Shown here: positions 37,585 through 47,570 of the stretch, in pieces | Numbering within the stretch: position 1 is the stretch's first letter | Layout: the number at the start of each line of letters is the position of its first letter | From: a virus | Virus record (IMG/VR): IMGVR_UViG_3300045988_173816 | Location: 220,027 to 284,026 of that record | DNA length: 64,000 nucleotides | Direction: 5' to 3' (one strand) | Position numbers and translations under genes: made by a program | Notes under the pieces: generated by a model | What the model was told of the DNA's origin: nothing | Databases searched by the model: none | What the model saw: only the letters and a program-made list of their open reading frames with translations

Positions 37585-38607
37585 TTGGCAATTCATTTAG
37601 ATGATTTATTAAACCCAGAGGCGCAGTTCGCTTCTGTTTTAGTCTACGGCAAAAGCACTCGGTATCTTTCCTTGGTTTCCAACTTGGTTAAGAAACGCTT
37701 TCAAGTAGACTCTTCTTCAGTTATTCGAGTAAATGACTTAAATGAGTTACCAAAAATGGATGCATCGATTCAAATTCGTCCGTTTCGTTCTCCTTACCGT
37801 CTTTTTGTTGTAGATGAACAAAAAACGGAGTTAGCAGAAACAACTGTAAAGTTCTTACAGAGCATTGTAGGGTTCACACGGTTAGTTGTAGGTTATAAGA
37901 ACTACAAACTCTTTCAAAATGTTCGATACAATAAAGAATTGGTAGACTTCCAACCAGATATTATGTTCAGCACCTATATAACTCAGAGTGAGTTTCAGTA
38001 TATTTATGATGTGACTACTAAAGCAAAAGGTTCTGTGAAATTATCTGAGAAGATGTATGGAGTCGTTACTAAGCGGTATCTTCGAGACATTGATGCAGTT
38101 TTTACGATTTTATCTAGTTTAAAAGATGGTATTGAAATTAGAGATAATGCAACTTTGGTGCAATTAGCTGGGGTAGGTTCTCTTCAAATTGAGCGTGTGG
38201 CTTTAAGTATGTTGGTCTCAACCACTAAAACGAAGAGGGGTTTGAATCAATACAAGAAGAAACAACTGCAGAGTTTATTGGAGTTGTCTCATCATAGGAG
38301 TTTTGAGACAGTCCGTAAGTCTCTGTTAGAGTCTTTTAAGGCAATATTGATATTAAAAGAGTTGCTAGTTGAGGGTAAGATTTACCCAGAGATAGGTTTG
38401 TTACCTGATATGAGTAAGTACAATAACTATCGTATAGGGAAGTACGCTCGCTTTTTGGAGCAAATTGATGGGTTGTCTATGGTTGAGATTGTAAACTTTA
38501 TGTCCTTGGTGGGTAGTCGTAAGTGGTCAGAGGAGTTCCATGTAGTTTTCTTTGTTTTGCAAGCAACTAAGTTAATCGGAATAAAAAACGGAGGGTTTGT
38601 ACAGTGA
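37585..38607 (+). CDS. possible DNA polymerase III delta (HolA)-like clamp-loader subunit
   Basis: 340 aa. N-terminal FASVLVYGKSTRYL...RPFRSPYRLFVVDE follows the HolA pattern Y.L.G.E..L....PF....RLVVV (recollection). Confidence 0.3.
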   Translation: MAIHLDDLLNPEAQFASVLVYGKSTRYLSLVSNLVKKRFQVDSSSVIRVNDLNELPKMDASIQIRPFRSPYRLFVVDEQKTELAETTVKFLQSIVGFTRLVVGYKNYKLFQNVRYNKELVDFQPDIMFSTYITQSEFQYIYDVTTKAKGSVKLSEKMYGVVTKRYLRDIDAVFTILSSLKDGIEIRDNATLVQLAGVGSLQIERVALSMLVSTTKTKRGLNQYKKKQLQSLLELSHHRSFETVRKSLLESFKAILILKELLVEGKIYPEIGLLPDMSKYNNYRIGKYARFLEQIDGLSMVEIVNFMSLVGSRKWSEEFHVVFFVLQATKLIGIKNGGFVQ

Positions 38608-39317
38608 GAATAAAAGCAGTTAAAATGGGCGATTATAAAGCAGACAAAGGATTGCAGTTAGATGTAAATACCTCGTCTGTCTGGCAATTTATTGTTTCCG
38701 AAGGGGGTTTTATCTTTTTAGACTGGTTGAAACCAACTAAAGAATATGTAAAACCCAAAGTGGATAATAAAGTAGGTTTCTTTAATTTGTTGTCTATGTT
38801 AGGGCAAGAAGATGAAGAAGAAACCTCTTCTTATGATGAGAGTTTCCAAGTAAACCCTTCTGTTTGTGCTATTGGGGTATCCTTAAATGAGTTTCAGTCT
38901 GATAAAGACAAGTGGCTTTCTTACGGTGTTCCTATCTTTGTTTCTGTTGATTTAGTATCTAAGGATTTGACTGAGGTGGTTTCTTGGTTACAAGAGAGTG
39001 ATTTAGTAGATGAGGTCACTTATGTACTAGATTTAGGTCTGAACTATACTAGTGTTCATGAATTAACTAAACTCTTGAAAGAACGAAAAATTTCAGAAGA
39101 GCAAATTCGTTTAGTGGGTAATTGTGTCTTTAAGTATAAAGGGCAGAATTATTGTGGGTTGTTCTCTCCTAATTGTGCTAAGAGTTATAAGTTAGATTGG
39201 GTTTATGACTCGGAACCGCATAAAGCAACTCAAGTATTTCTAAGTAAAGACTCTTCAAGAGAAGTTCCTATTGAAGACTGTACCTACCCAAAGGTAGTTA
39301 GAACAGGCGGTATCTAA
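38604..39317 (+). CDS. hypothetical protein
   Basis: ORF-track ORF, 4-nt overlap with the upstream gene. Confidence 0.5.
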   Translation: MRIKAVKMGDYKADKGLQLDVNTSSVWQFIVSEGGFIFLDWLKPTKEYVKPKVDNKVGFFNLLSMLGQEDEEETSSYDESFQVNPSVCAIGVSLNEFQSDKDKWLSYGVPIFVSVDLVSKDLTEVVSWLQESDLVDEVTYVLDLGLNYTSVHELTKLLKERKISEEQIRLVGNCVFKYKGQNYCGLFSPNCAKSYKLDWVYDSEPHKATQVFLSKDSSREVPIEDCTYPKVVRTGGI

Positions 39318-39988
39318 TGTTTCTAACAGGTTGTTTTATGGAAAGTATGAACACTACTTTATCTGAACATAGTTTGGAGTTGGTGGGTCAGTATTTACCT
39401 AAAACCAAACATATCAACTATGTCAAAGATTCTTTATACACCTTGGTAACGAAGCGTTTGGATAAAGAGTGGTCAGGTATGAGCGAAAAGCAATTTATTT
39501 ATACAGGGTGGGACGAAAGCGTTCGTGCAAGTGTTCACACGAAGTTAGATAAAATTCGCCACGGTGAGTTTAATATTGGAGTTCGAGAAGATGGAGAGTC
39601 TAAGTTACCGTCAGGAGTTGTAGATGAAAATACGTTGAGTTCTGAGATGTCTTTAGTTCCTCAGTCTGTTCACCGTTGGGAAGTCTTCTTGAATAAACTA
39701 ACAGTAGACACTTTTGACTTTCGAGTAGAGTTAGCAGAGTTAATTGAAGAGTACAATAGGGTATCCAGATTTTTTGAGAACACTTATGGTCTCAATTTCC
39801 GCCTACTGTTGAAGAAAGTATTAGAAGGTGATAGAGATAGTCAAGAGTATTTGGTAGATATTCTGTCTGAGGAAAATGATAAGGTCTTTGTAGAGACTTT
39901 AGGAGAGTTGCTGCACTATGATGAGTTCAAGGACTTTATTTATAGTGAAGTAGACAAGAGCTTGGAAGTGGGTGTCTTATATGAGTGA
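39317..39988 (+). CDS. hypothetical protein
   Basis: ORF-track ORF. Its start overlaps the upstream stop (TAATG). Confidence 0.5.
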   Translation: MFLTGCFMESMNTTLSEHSLELVGQYLPKTKHINYVKDSLYTLVTKRLDKEWSGMSEKQFIYTGWDESVRASVHTKLDKIRHGEFNIGVREDGESKLPSGVVDENTLSSEMSLVPQSVHRWEVFLNKLTVDTFDFRVELAELIEEYNRVSRFFENTYGLNFRLLLKKVLEGDRDSQEYLVDILSEENDKVFVETLGELLHYDEFKDFIYSEVDKSLEVGVLYE

Positions 39989-41084
39989 ACCGTTGATTTT
40001 AAACCCTTACTCCAAACAAGTGAACTTAGATAAATCTTTGCTCTTAGTAGTAGCTCTTGATTTAAGTAAGAAGTGGTATCCACTCGCTCGAAAATTGGGG
40101 TCTTATAAGACTTTAGAGAGTTTTCAAGATGTGATTTTAAATCGCCTATTGAATTTAGAAGATATTGCATTAAGTCACTTAGAAGGCTATGTGAAGCATA
40201 TAGCTCGAAGAAATATCAGTCAACCAACTGAGGTTTTGGTAGAAGACTTTGAAGTATATGACTTTGATAAAGATTTCTCCCCTAGCACTGTAAAGAACAA
40301 TAAAGGTATTGAGTCCTTTTGGTTTAATTGGTTAGATTCATTAAGAACAAAACCTTTAAAACCTTTGAAGAATGAAGAAGAGTTGCTTTATTTATTAAAA
40401 GCAGTATTGATACTACGCTTTATTGAGTCTAAAGGGTTGATTGAACAGTTCACTCTTGAAACCAACTCAGTTTCCTTGCGGTATCGTACTTGGTGGTCAC
40501 AATTCTTAGTGTCTTTAGTAGGTCGAGTAGGTTTGCCTAGTGAAGAAGTGGAGAAGAGAGTTTCTACGTGGCTTAGTTATTATCTGCAGTGTGAGAAAGT
40601 CTTAATTGAAGCTAGTCTCCTTTACTTGAAAGTAGAGAGTCATTTAGTAGACAGTGGATTGTGTTATAAGAAACAACCGATAAGAACTCGTATGAAAGAC
40701 AATAAGTTGTCTGTAAGTGGGTCTAACTCTTACACGATTTATAAGTTAGATACAAGTGCTTATATAGACAAACTCTTTGATTATTACTTTAGAGATAGTT
40801 CGGTATCCCACAGTTTCCGACTTGACTTAGGTTCTCAGACCTTTTATAATATTCCCTACAAAGGTTATGTATTGAAAGGGAACTTGGAAGAGTTGATTTT
40901 AGAGACTCTTGCAAGTTGGTTGGTATTGAACTTTGACTGTCGCTTTATTGGTGTAGTTGGTTCAACTATGTATTTAGAGTTTAAAGAAGATAGTGGTGAG
41001 TTCCCAGTCTTCTTAGTGTATTTCAAAGAAGTATTTCAGTTTGATTTAATTCCTTGTGGTAAGGAAGTTGTGATAGAAAGTTGA
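39972..41084 (+). CDS. hypothetical protein
   Basis: ORF-track ORF, 17-nt overlap with the upstream gene. Confidence 0.5.
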   Translation: MSYMSEPLILNPYSKQVNLDKSLLLVVALDLSKKWYPLARKLGSYKTLESFQDVILNRLLNLEDIALSHLEGYVKHIARRNISQPTEVLVEDFEVYDFDKDFSPSTVKNNKGIESFWFNWLDSLRTKPLKPLKNEEELLYLLKAVLILRFIESKGLIEQFTLETNSVSLRYRTWWSQFLVSLVGRVGLPSEEVEKRVSTWLSYYLQCEKVLIEASLLYLKVESHLVDSGLCYKKQPIRTRMKDNKLSVSGSNSYTIYKLDTSAYIDKLFDYYFRDSSVSHSFRLDLGSQTFYNIPYKGYVLKGNLEELILETLASWLVLNFDCRFIGVVGSTMYLEFKEDSGEFPVFLVYFKEVFQFDLIPCGKEVVIES

Positions 41085-41088
41085 GGTC

Positions 41089-41547
41089 TTGTCGATGTTA
41101 CAAGTAAGTGTAGGTCAAAACAATGGGTTTATGACTTGGGTATTCTATGCAGAAGGTCGCTTAGTTGAGCGTAAGTCTGTGTCTGTTCCTAGAGAAACAA
41201 ATACTCAGAAGTTGATTGAGTTCACAAAGGAAGCTCTAACTTCAGTATTAAAGTATTTAGACACGCAAAAACACCCATATAACACAGAGTCGGTATTGTC
41301 TGTGGAGGTGGGTCGTAAGGTTATTGCTCGTTATTTGAATGAACGTTATTGTAATTCGATTTATGTGAAAGATTTGGAAGATTTGTTGAAGGTCTTTAAC
41401 CGTCTTCCAATCTCGGTCGAAGTTGAATACAACAAAGAAGCAGGATTTTTAATTGCAGACCGTTACAACAAAGAGAAGTACGTAACTGAGCAAGCTACAA
41501 AACACACTTCTGCTTTGGATTGGTTTGATGAAGTGGAAGAAGAGTAA
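41089..41547 (+). CDS. hypothetical protein
   Basis: ORF-track ORF. Faint RNase-H-like TN.Q.L.E..K.AL pattern but no catalytic acidic residues seen. Confidence 0.45.
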   Translation: MSMLQVSVGQNNGFMTWVFYAEGRLVERKSVSVPRETNTQKLIEFTKEALTSVLKYLDTQKHPYNTESVLSVEVGRKVIARYLNERYCNSIYVKDLEDLLKVFNRLPISVEVEYNKEAGFLIADRYNKEKYVTEQATKHTSALDWFDEVEEE

Positions 41548-41588
41548 GTTCTTTAACGATTTTGGAATAAATTTGAAAGGAGATTTTT

Positions 41589-44500
41589 GTGCTAACCTCA
41601 GAGATTAAATTTACTTATAAAGGTCAAGATTACAACTACAAAGGGTATCTGTCCGATTTGACTCACGGTGGTCTCTTGCGTTTAGTAGCTCAAGACGGAG
41701 TTTCTGCTCAGATGCTCATGCAAGATCAAGCAGAGCAGCTAGGTAGAACGTATAGAACGGCTACCTTTTCAAGAGCATCCTTTACGGTAGAGCGTTTGAT
41801 TAAACCAAAGGTTTTATTCGGTGAAGACGGAGTCGATTTATCTATTGCAAAGTCCTTCCAAAAACATCCGTCCTTTGCTTTGTTTGCTTATTTGTACGCA
41901 GTATATAGCTACGCTAAAACCCTCAAAAATGAAATGAGGGGTAGCAAAGGTTTCTTAGCTTTGAGTTTGAAAGAGCTTGAAAATGTAGAAGACAGAGTAG
42001 AGTTTGAAGTTCCTTTTGGAAAAGGTGTTATTGAGCGTAAATACGGTTTGGTTCGTTCTTTGCGCTTTGCAACTCAAGATTTAACAAGTGGAACGTCCTT
42101 AGAGTTCGGATTTATAGAGGATTCTTCCTTTGAGTTTCTACCAAACCAAGAAAGGGTATCCCTTCTTGGTTCGGACGTTATTCGTATGGACTCGATTGGT
42201 ACGGCTTATAAAACGGAAATTTCGAATAATTTAAGAAGACAGTTGTTAGGTCTTCCTAAGATTGAAGTTGTAACTGACTTGAAAGGGTTAGAAAGTTCTG
42301 TAAACCCATTCTACACCACAATGGCAGAAGTCATTGAAATAGAGAACATGAAAGCCAAAGTCGAACAACGAACCCCTCGAAACTTTGAGTGGGTGCGTGA
42401 GCGAGTTCTTACTGGAAAGTACAAGGTTGTGAAACCTCATGAAGTGGAAGATGTTTTCAAGCAGTTGGAAAAAGATTACAAGAAAACAAAACTCACTGCG
42501 TTCGATACGGAGACCACAGGTTTGGATTTTACTTTTAGAGGGTTTTATGGCAAGGGTTCGATTATGGTAGGTGCGGTGTTGTCTGCAAAATCCGGAACCT
42601 CTTACTATTTCCCTTTAGCTCATAAGAAGTTCCCAAATGTCTGTGGTGGTGATATTGAACTATTTGTAGAGAAATACTTGCAACCATATTTAAGAGATAA
42701 AAAGGTCGTAGCCCACAACAACATCTTCGACTGGAAGGTGGGGTATCGACATGGTCTGGTCTACGATTGTTGGCTTGACACACTTGTTGCCATGCGTAAG
42801 ACTTATTCAGCAAGAGACAATGAAGAGTACGGTTTGAAAGCTGTAACAGATAAGTTCTTGCATAGAGAAGCGGTAGAGCTTGATGATTTGACCAAGTGTG
42901 GCTCCTATGAAAAATGTGGTGGAACCTTTGATGAACTAGAAGAAGAGCTTGTAGCCTTTTATGCTTGTCCCGATGCGGACAATACTTTATGTATTGCTCT
43001 TTATTTCTTGGAAAACGATATTTTAGGTAAGTCTGGTTTTGATATGATGCAAGCAGTAGTGCATGATAGTCGTTTTACTTGCGTGGCTGCTTATTCTGAG
43101 TTTTATGGGATGCACTTGAATTTGGAATCCGTTCCTCAACTTCGCTTGCACTACGGTAAACAGTTAGTCTCAGAGTACCGAGATTTGTTGGAGTTCTTAG
43201 CGGTTCATGTACCTCAACATACTGAGGATGGTCTCTTTGCAATTCAAGCAAAAGCGAACTCAATGGTTCTTGGTTTGGACTACGACTTACCAGAGGGTGA
43301 AAAGGTTCTTCACTACAAGTTTGAAGATTACCCTAATGTGTACATTGCACAAAAGAGCGGTTACTCTGTAAACTCTCCAATGAACAAAACGATCGCTTAC
43401 GATTACCTAGGGTATCCCGAACAAATCAGTAAAAAATCAGGAAATTCCACTCTTGATAAGACTGCTTTGAAGTTCTTGAACAAAGGTACAAAACCAGACA
43501 AAGAAAACTTCAGATTGAGCTTTGAGGATTTCGTTACTCGCTCTTTGAGTTTGCTTTCTTCTTGGTTGGGTCATACTCAGAGTAAAGAGAAGTTAGCTGA
43601 GTTGGAGAAAGATGAAAGCCAAAAGAAATTGGTACGTGGTCTCGCTCGTTTAACTCGTTTAGTGGATAACAGACAGTTTGAAGAGTTAACAGACTTAGAT
43701 AACGATACTCTTCGTATTGCAACTAAGTATATCTTTGGAGCAACTTTCGGGTACAAAACTCAAATTGAGTTTGAAGGTGAGAAAGGTTTCCTTGTAAAAC
43801 CAGAGGAAAATGCACCTATTCATCCATTCACGGTCATTTTAGAGTCTCCGCGTAACACTGCTCGTCTTTTTACCAACTTCTTAGATAAAGTTGAGGAAAA
43901 CTTTATTGAAGGGTTCTGTTTCCCAGCGATTGATATGTTCAAGGTCACAGGTCGTTTGTCAACGAAGAAACCGAATATTCAAGGATTTGATGATACCATT
44001 AAGAAAGAGATGACAGCTCGAAACGGCTATTACATGGTCGATACAGACTACGCTTCGAAAGAAAACCGAGTAATTGCGATTATGTCAAAAGAGCAATCTT
44101 TGATTGAAATGTTTAAGGATTGGCGCAATGACTACCACCGTTTCCAGTCTGCTCGATTGAATGGTCTCTTGCAAGAGCAGGTAACAGATAAACTTCGTAA
44201 GATGTCGAAAGGTTTGGTATTCGGTATCAACTTCGGAATGTCCGATATGTCGCTTGGAGAAGTCCTCTTCGGAGAGCGTACAAGAGAAAATGCTCGTAAG
44301 GCAGCTCAAAAGAGAGAAGAGTTCTTCTCATTCCAACGTTCGGTTGAAGGTTGGTTCGAAAATAACGTTAAAACTGCATTGAGCAAAGGGTATTCAACTA
44401 CGATTTTTGGAAGCAAACGCTTCTACAACAAGGATCGAGTGTCCAAGAGTCAGATTAGACGTTACGCTTTGAACCACCCAATCCAAGGTTCGGCAGCGGA

Positions 44501-45512
44501 TATTTACAAGAAAGGGATGGTTGACCTCTTCTCAGATTTGAAAGAACAAGGGTATTTAGGCAAAATCTTGCTCACTGGTTTCATTCATGATGAAGCTACG
44601 ATTGAGGTTCACAACACTATTCACCCTCATGTGGTTCTCGGTCTAATTCGCAAGAACCTTATGGTTGAAATTGAGGGTGGTTGTCCATTGGACTTAGGAT
44701 TTGGAGTCGGTCATTCTTGGTACACTGCAAAGAAAACAGAGTGGCAAGTAGGTCTCCAAGAGCTTATGGAATGGAACTTAGATGCCTATGATTGGGACGG
44801 AGACATTGATAAGTTCATGGTTTGGGCGGAAACTAGAATCCATGAGTTCAACGCAGAAGATGTTGAGAAAAAACTACGCTCTACTACCTTTACAGAAGAT
44901 ACGATTGAACAAGACCGTGTGTTCCCAGTAAATTATGCTTTGGAGTTGAACAAGTATTTGTTAGGTGAATTAACTAAAACTGACCACAGTTGGCAACAAG
45001 CCAGCGGTATCCTCGACTTCCCAGAGAATTTTGAGGACTTAAGTGGAGGTGAGCGTAAAGAGTACATTTACTTGCACCTACCTGACTTACACATCCACAA
45101 GCGTTTGCAACTCTTTTGGAATATGAGAAAAGGCTTTGAGCAATCTATTATCATAGAGTACCGAGACTTGTCTGACTTAGAAACAGTTCAAAAGAAAGCA
45201 GTCGCAACAGAGAGTCAAGAAGCAGAAGAGAAGAAAAAAGAGCGTGAGCGTAAGGTTCAACTCTTGAAAGAACATTTAATGGACTTTGGTTCTAAATTAA
45301 ATGCAGATGGTTCTGTACTTTACTTGCAGTATAGTGAAGGTCTTTACGCAGAGTTAACTACCATGCTCTTACAAGATGATGGTTCTGTTCCTTTGGTTAA
45401 AGTCATTCTTTACTTGCAGAGGGAAGATAAGTTCACTCAACTCACAGGAGTCGGTATCCCACAAGCGCTACTTTCGGATGTAGTTCGAACTGCTCGACAG
45501 TTTGTTCTGTAA
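41589..45512 (+). CDS. family A DNA polymerase with 3'-5' exonuclease domain and large insertions (1307 aa)
   Basis: Exo I FDTETTGLD, Exo II HNNIFDW, Exo III YACPDADNT. Pol motif A VDTDYASKENRVIA, motif B RKMSKGLVFGINFGMS, motif C GFIHDEATIEV. Confidence 0.85.
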   Translation: MLTSEIKFTYKGQDYNYKGYLSDLTHGGLLRLVAQDGVSAQMLMQDQAEQLGRTYRTATFSRASFTVERLIKPKVLFGEDGVDLSIAKSFQKHPSFALFAYLYAVYSYAKTLKNEMRGSKGFLALSLKELENVEDRVEFEVPFGKGVIERKYGLVRSLRFATQDLTSGTSLEFGFIEDSSFEFLPNQERVSLLGSDVIRMDSIGTAYKTEISNNLRRQLLGLPKIEVVTDLKGLESSVNPFYTTMAEVIEIENMKAKVEQRTPRNFEWVRERVLTGKYKVVKPHEVEDVFKQLEKDYKKTKLTAFDTETTGLDFTFRGFYGKGSIMVGAVLSAKSGTSYYFPLAHKKFPNVCGGDIELFVEKYLQPYLRDKKVVAHNNIFDWKVGYRHGLVYDCWLDTLVAMRKTYSARDNEEYGLKAVTDKFLHREAVELDDLTKCGSYEKCGGTFDELEEELVAFYACPDADNTLCIALYFLENDILGKSGFDMMQAVVHDSRFTCVAAYSEFYGMHLNLESVPQLRLHYGKQLVSEYRDLLEFLAVHVPQHTEDGLFAIQAKANSMVLGLDYDLPEGEKVLHYKFEDYPNVYIAQKSGYSVNSPMNKTIAYDYLGYPEQISKKSGNSTLDKTALKFLNKGTKPDKENFRLSFEDFVTRSLSLLSSWLGHTQSKEKLAELEKDESQKKLVRGLARLTRLVDNRQFEELTDLDNDTLRIATKYIFGATFGYKTQIEFEGEKGFLVKPEENAPIHPFTVILESPRNTARLFTNFLDKVEENFIEGFCFPAIDMFKVTGRLSTKKPNIQGFDDTIKKEMTARNGYYMVDTDYASKENRVIAIMSKEQSLIEMFKDWRNDYHRFQSARLNGLLQEQVTDKLRKMSKGLVFGINFGMSDMSLGEVLFGERTRENARKAAQKREEFFSFQRSVEGWFENNVKTALSKGYSTTIFGSKRFYNKDRVSKSQIRRYALNHPIQGSAADIYKKGMVDLFSDLKEQGYLGKILLTGFIHDEATIEVHNTIHPHVVLGLIRKNLMVEIEGGCPLDLGFGVGHSWYTAKKTEWQVGLQELMEWNLDAYDWDGDIDKFMVWAETRIHEFNAEDVEKKLRSTTFTEDTIEQDRVFPVNYALELNKYLLGELTKTDHSWQQASGILDFPENFEDLSGGERKEYIYLHLPDLHIHKRLQLFWNMRKGFEQSIIIEYRDLSDLETVQKKAVATESQEAEEKKKERERKVQLLKEHLMDFGSKLNADGSVLYLQYSEGLYAELTTMLLQDDGSVPLVKVILYLQREDKFTQLTGVGIPQALLSDVVRTARQFVL

Positions 45513-45571
45513 TTTGAATTTAAACCTGTCTGAGAGGTCGTATTTTGGCTTCTGAGCGATTTTAAGATTTG

Positions 45572-45597
45572 GGAGGTAAATTTATACCTCCTTTTTC
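45572..45597 (+). terminator. intrinsic terminator
   Basis: GGAGGTA/TACCTCC stem, 6-nt loop, then TTTTTCT. Confidence 0.65.
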
Positions 45598-45681
45598 TAA
45601 ACTTCGTTAGAGAGTAAATGAGAGTTTTTAACGAATATGAGGTGAAAACCTTAATTCTGTCAAGAAATTTTCTTTTGTTTC

Positions 45682-45710
45682 TTGCATTTCAAGGTTTTTC
45701 ATGATATAAT
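45682..45710 (+). promoter_or_regulatory. SigA-type promoter (TTGCAT-17-TATAAT, TG-extended)
   Basis: -35 at 45682-45687 and -10 at 45705-45710, preceded by TGA. Confidence 0.65.
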
Positions 45711-45742
45711 TATAGAAATAGTTCGTAACAGGAGATTGATGA

Positions 45743-46267
45743 GTGCTAGATGATTTATTAGATAACTTAGAAGTAACAAGCTCTGAGGAGCTTGAAGATA
45801 GAAGTGAATTAGATGAACTAGACGAATTAGAAGTAGGTTCAACAGATTCAATTAAAACCAACGAAGAGGTTGTAGCTGAGTTACAAAGCAAAGAGAAACA
45901 AGTAGCTCGCATTGGTTTTGAGTTGGAGAAAGGGTATCCACTTTTTGAAGTGCGCCTAACTCCAGATTCTCAAATGTCTACAGTCACTATGGATGCGATT
46001 AAAGGTTTGATTTCGTCAAGTACAAGAGATACTAAAAACTTTGAAGACTTTGAGAAAGAGTCTGAGACAGGAGATAAATCTGTTGAAGTATGTATGACTT
46101 TGGTTCTTGCGATTGACCCAAACGAAGCTCCAAAGGAAAAAGTGATTGGTTACTTCAAGAAAGAGAAGTTGCGCCATTTGTATCAGTTAGTGCGTAATTT
46201 AGAACATAAATTTTATTTGGATAAAGACCGAGTATTTTCAGGTCAAAAAATGTTAGCAATTTTGTAG
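45743..46267 (+). CDS. hypothetical protein with acidic N-terminus
   Basis: GTG start after AGGAG RBS. ORF-track ORF. Confidence 0.5.
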   Translation: MLDDLLDNLEVTSSEELEDRSELDELDELEVGSTDSIKTNEEVVAELQSKEKQVARIGFELEKGYPLFEVRLTPDSQMSTVTMDAIKGLISSSTRDTKNFEDFEKESETGDKSVEVCMTLVLAIDPNEAPKEKVIGYFKKEKLRHLYQLVRNLEHKFYLDKDRVFSGQKMLAIL

Positions 46268-46289
46268 AAGCAGTGAGGTTTCGGTATCA

Positions 46290-46694
46290 ATGGTTTCCGT
46301 AGCAACAGAATTTCCATATACACATGGGTTGAAAGAGAAGTTTAAAGGTCTTTTAACAGATGTTACTTCTTTCCAACAAGAACAAGAGAACTTGTTAGAA
46401 ACAAGTGTAGATATGATTGAAGGTGGTTCTAAATACAAACTCTCAGTAACTTTAGAAGCACAAGGAGAGGTGCAGACTATTGGTTTGCTTTGTGATGATG
46501 TTTCTGCTTTGGTTTCAGAGTTTCGAGCTATTTTCCATCAGTACTTAGGGGAAGGCGCATCTCTTTACAAAGTGGTCGAAAAGCGCTTTGGAGAAAAGGT
46601 TGAAAGTAATTCTTTGGATGCAGTTTCTTACTTGGTGATGGTTGATAAAGATGTTTATTGGAATATCTTTGTTACCTTGACTTACTTAGGATAA
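46290..46694 (+). CDS. hypothetical protein
   Basis: ORF-track ORF. Confidence 0.5.
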   Translation: MVSVATEFPYTHGLKEKFKGLLTDVTSFQQEQENLLETSVDMIEGGSKYKLSVTLEAQGEVQTIGLLCDDVSALVSEFRAIFHQYLGEGASLYKVVEKRFGEKVESNSLDAVSYLVMVDKDVYWNIFVTLTYLG

Positions 46695-46699
46695 AGCAC

Positions 46700-47566
46700 A
46701 TGAAACAATTTGATTTATTGAATGAAGTAGCAAAAGAGGGGCGAATTTCTTCGCTCACTCTTTCTGTATATTTAGTAAGTGAAGTAGACCCTCGCAAATT
46801 CTTCCGAGAGGGTGTAAAAGTCTCATCAGCAGTTAAGATTGTGCAAGCGCGCGCACTCTTGGGGTATCATAAAGCTTACGGTGAGCTTATTACAGAAGGG
46901 TTTATCTATGTAAGTGTTCCAAAAAACCAACCATTAGGGCAGATAGTTCACTTAACCGGAACTCTAAGTCCAGTAACTTTTGAAGATTATTCCCCAGAGC
47001 TTTCTTTATTGAGATTTGCTAAAGTAGACGGTCGTTGGGTGATACGAGCTTGTGTGTGTAAGTCTTATAAAGAAAGTCCTTACAAGGAAGATTTAGCAGT
47101 GCGAACTTTGAAGAAATGGCCAGAGGTTCCTTATGCTTTAACGAGTGCTTCAGGTTTGGTATATCCTCGGACGATTGGTTTTGATAGGGAAGTTTTGTAT
47201 AGCGTAAACGATGAATTGGTAGAGAGTGAGTTAGAACATTCTAAACCCCAGTTAGGTTCAACACATTTACCTTTAACTTCAACTCAAAAAGCAGTCTTAG
47301 AAGATATGTTGACATTCCCAGTTCTCCAACTCCAAGTAGAAAATGAAATGATTTTGGAACCAGAAGTTTTAGGGGAGTGGTTGAAGTCTCAAGTAAAGGG
47401 TCGCAATTTGCGAGTTTTTGATTTGCGAGGTCGGTCTTTACCAATGAGTGAGGTATTGAAGAAATTAAGAGGGGGAAGTGGTTTCACTTTAGATACTCAG
47501 TTCGTGCTTCTTGTGTCGCAAGTAACTGAGGGTATCCCTTATATTCAGATAGGAACTGTGAGGTAG
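46700..47566 (+). CDS. hypothetical protein
   Basis: The ORF track starts at 46658, overlapping the upstream gene. In-frame ATG at 46700 (MKQFDLL) just after the upstream stop is preferred. Confidence 0.5.
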   Translation: MKQFDLLNEVAKEGRISSLTLSVYLVSEVDPRKFFREGVKVSSAVKIVQARALLGYHKAYGELITEGFIYVSVPKNQPLGQIVHLTGTLSPVTFEDYSPELSLLRFAKVDGRWVIRACVCKSYKESPYKEDLAVRTLKKWPEVPYALTSASGLVYPRTIGFDREVLYSVNDELVESELEHSKPQLGSTHLPLTSTQKAVLEDMLTFPVLQLQVENEMILEPEVLGEWLKSQVKGRNLRVFDLRGRSLPMSEVLKKLRGGSGFTLDTQFVLLVSQVTEGIPYIQIGTVR

Positions 47567-47570
47567 TAAT

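Noticed and set aside
45628-45912. 94-aa minus-strand ORF
   Set aside because: It overlaps the consensus + strand promoter (45682-45710) and the 5' end of the 45743 gene. Its Ser-rich translation is antisense to an acidic coding region. No expression signals were seen.
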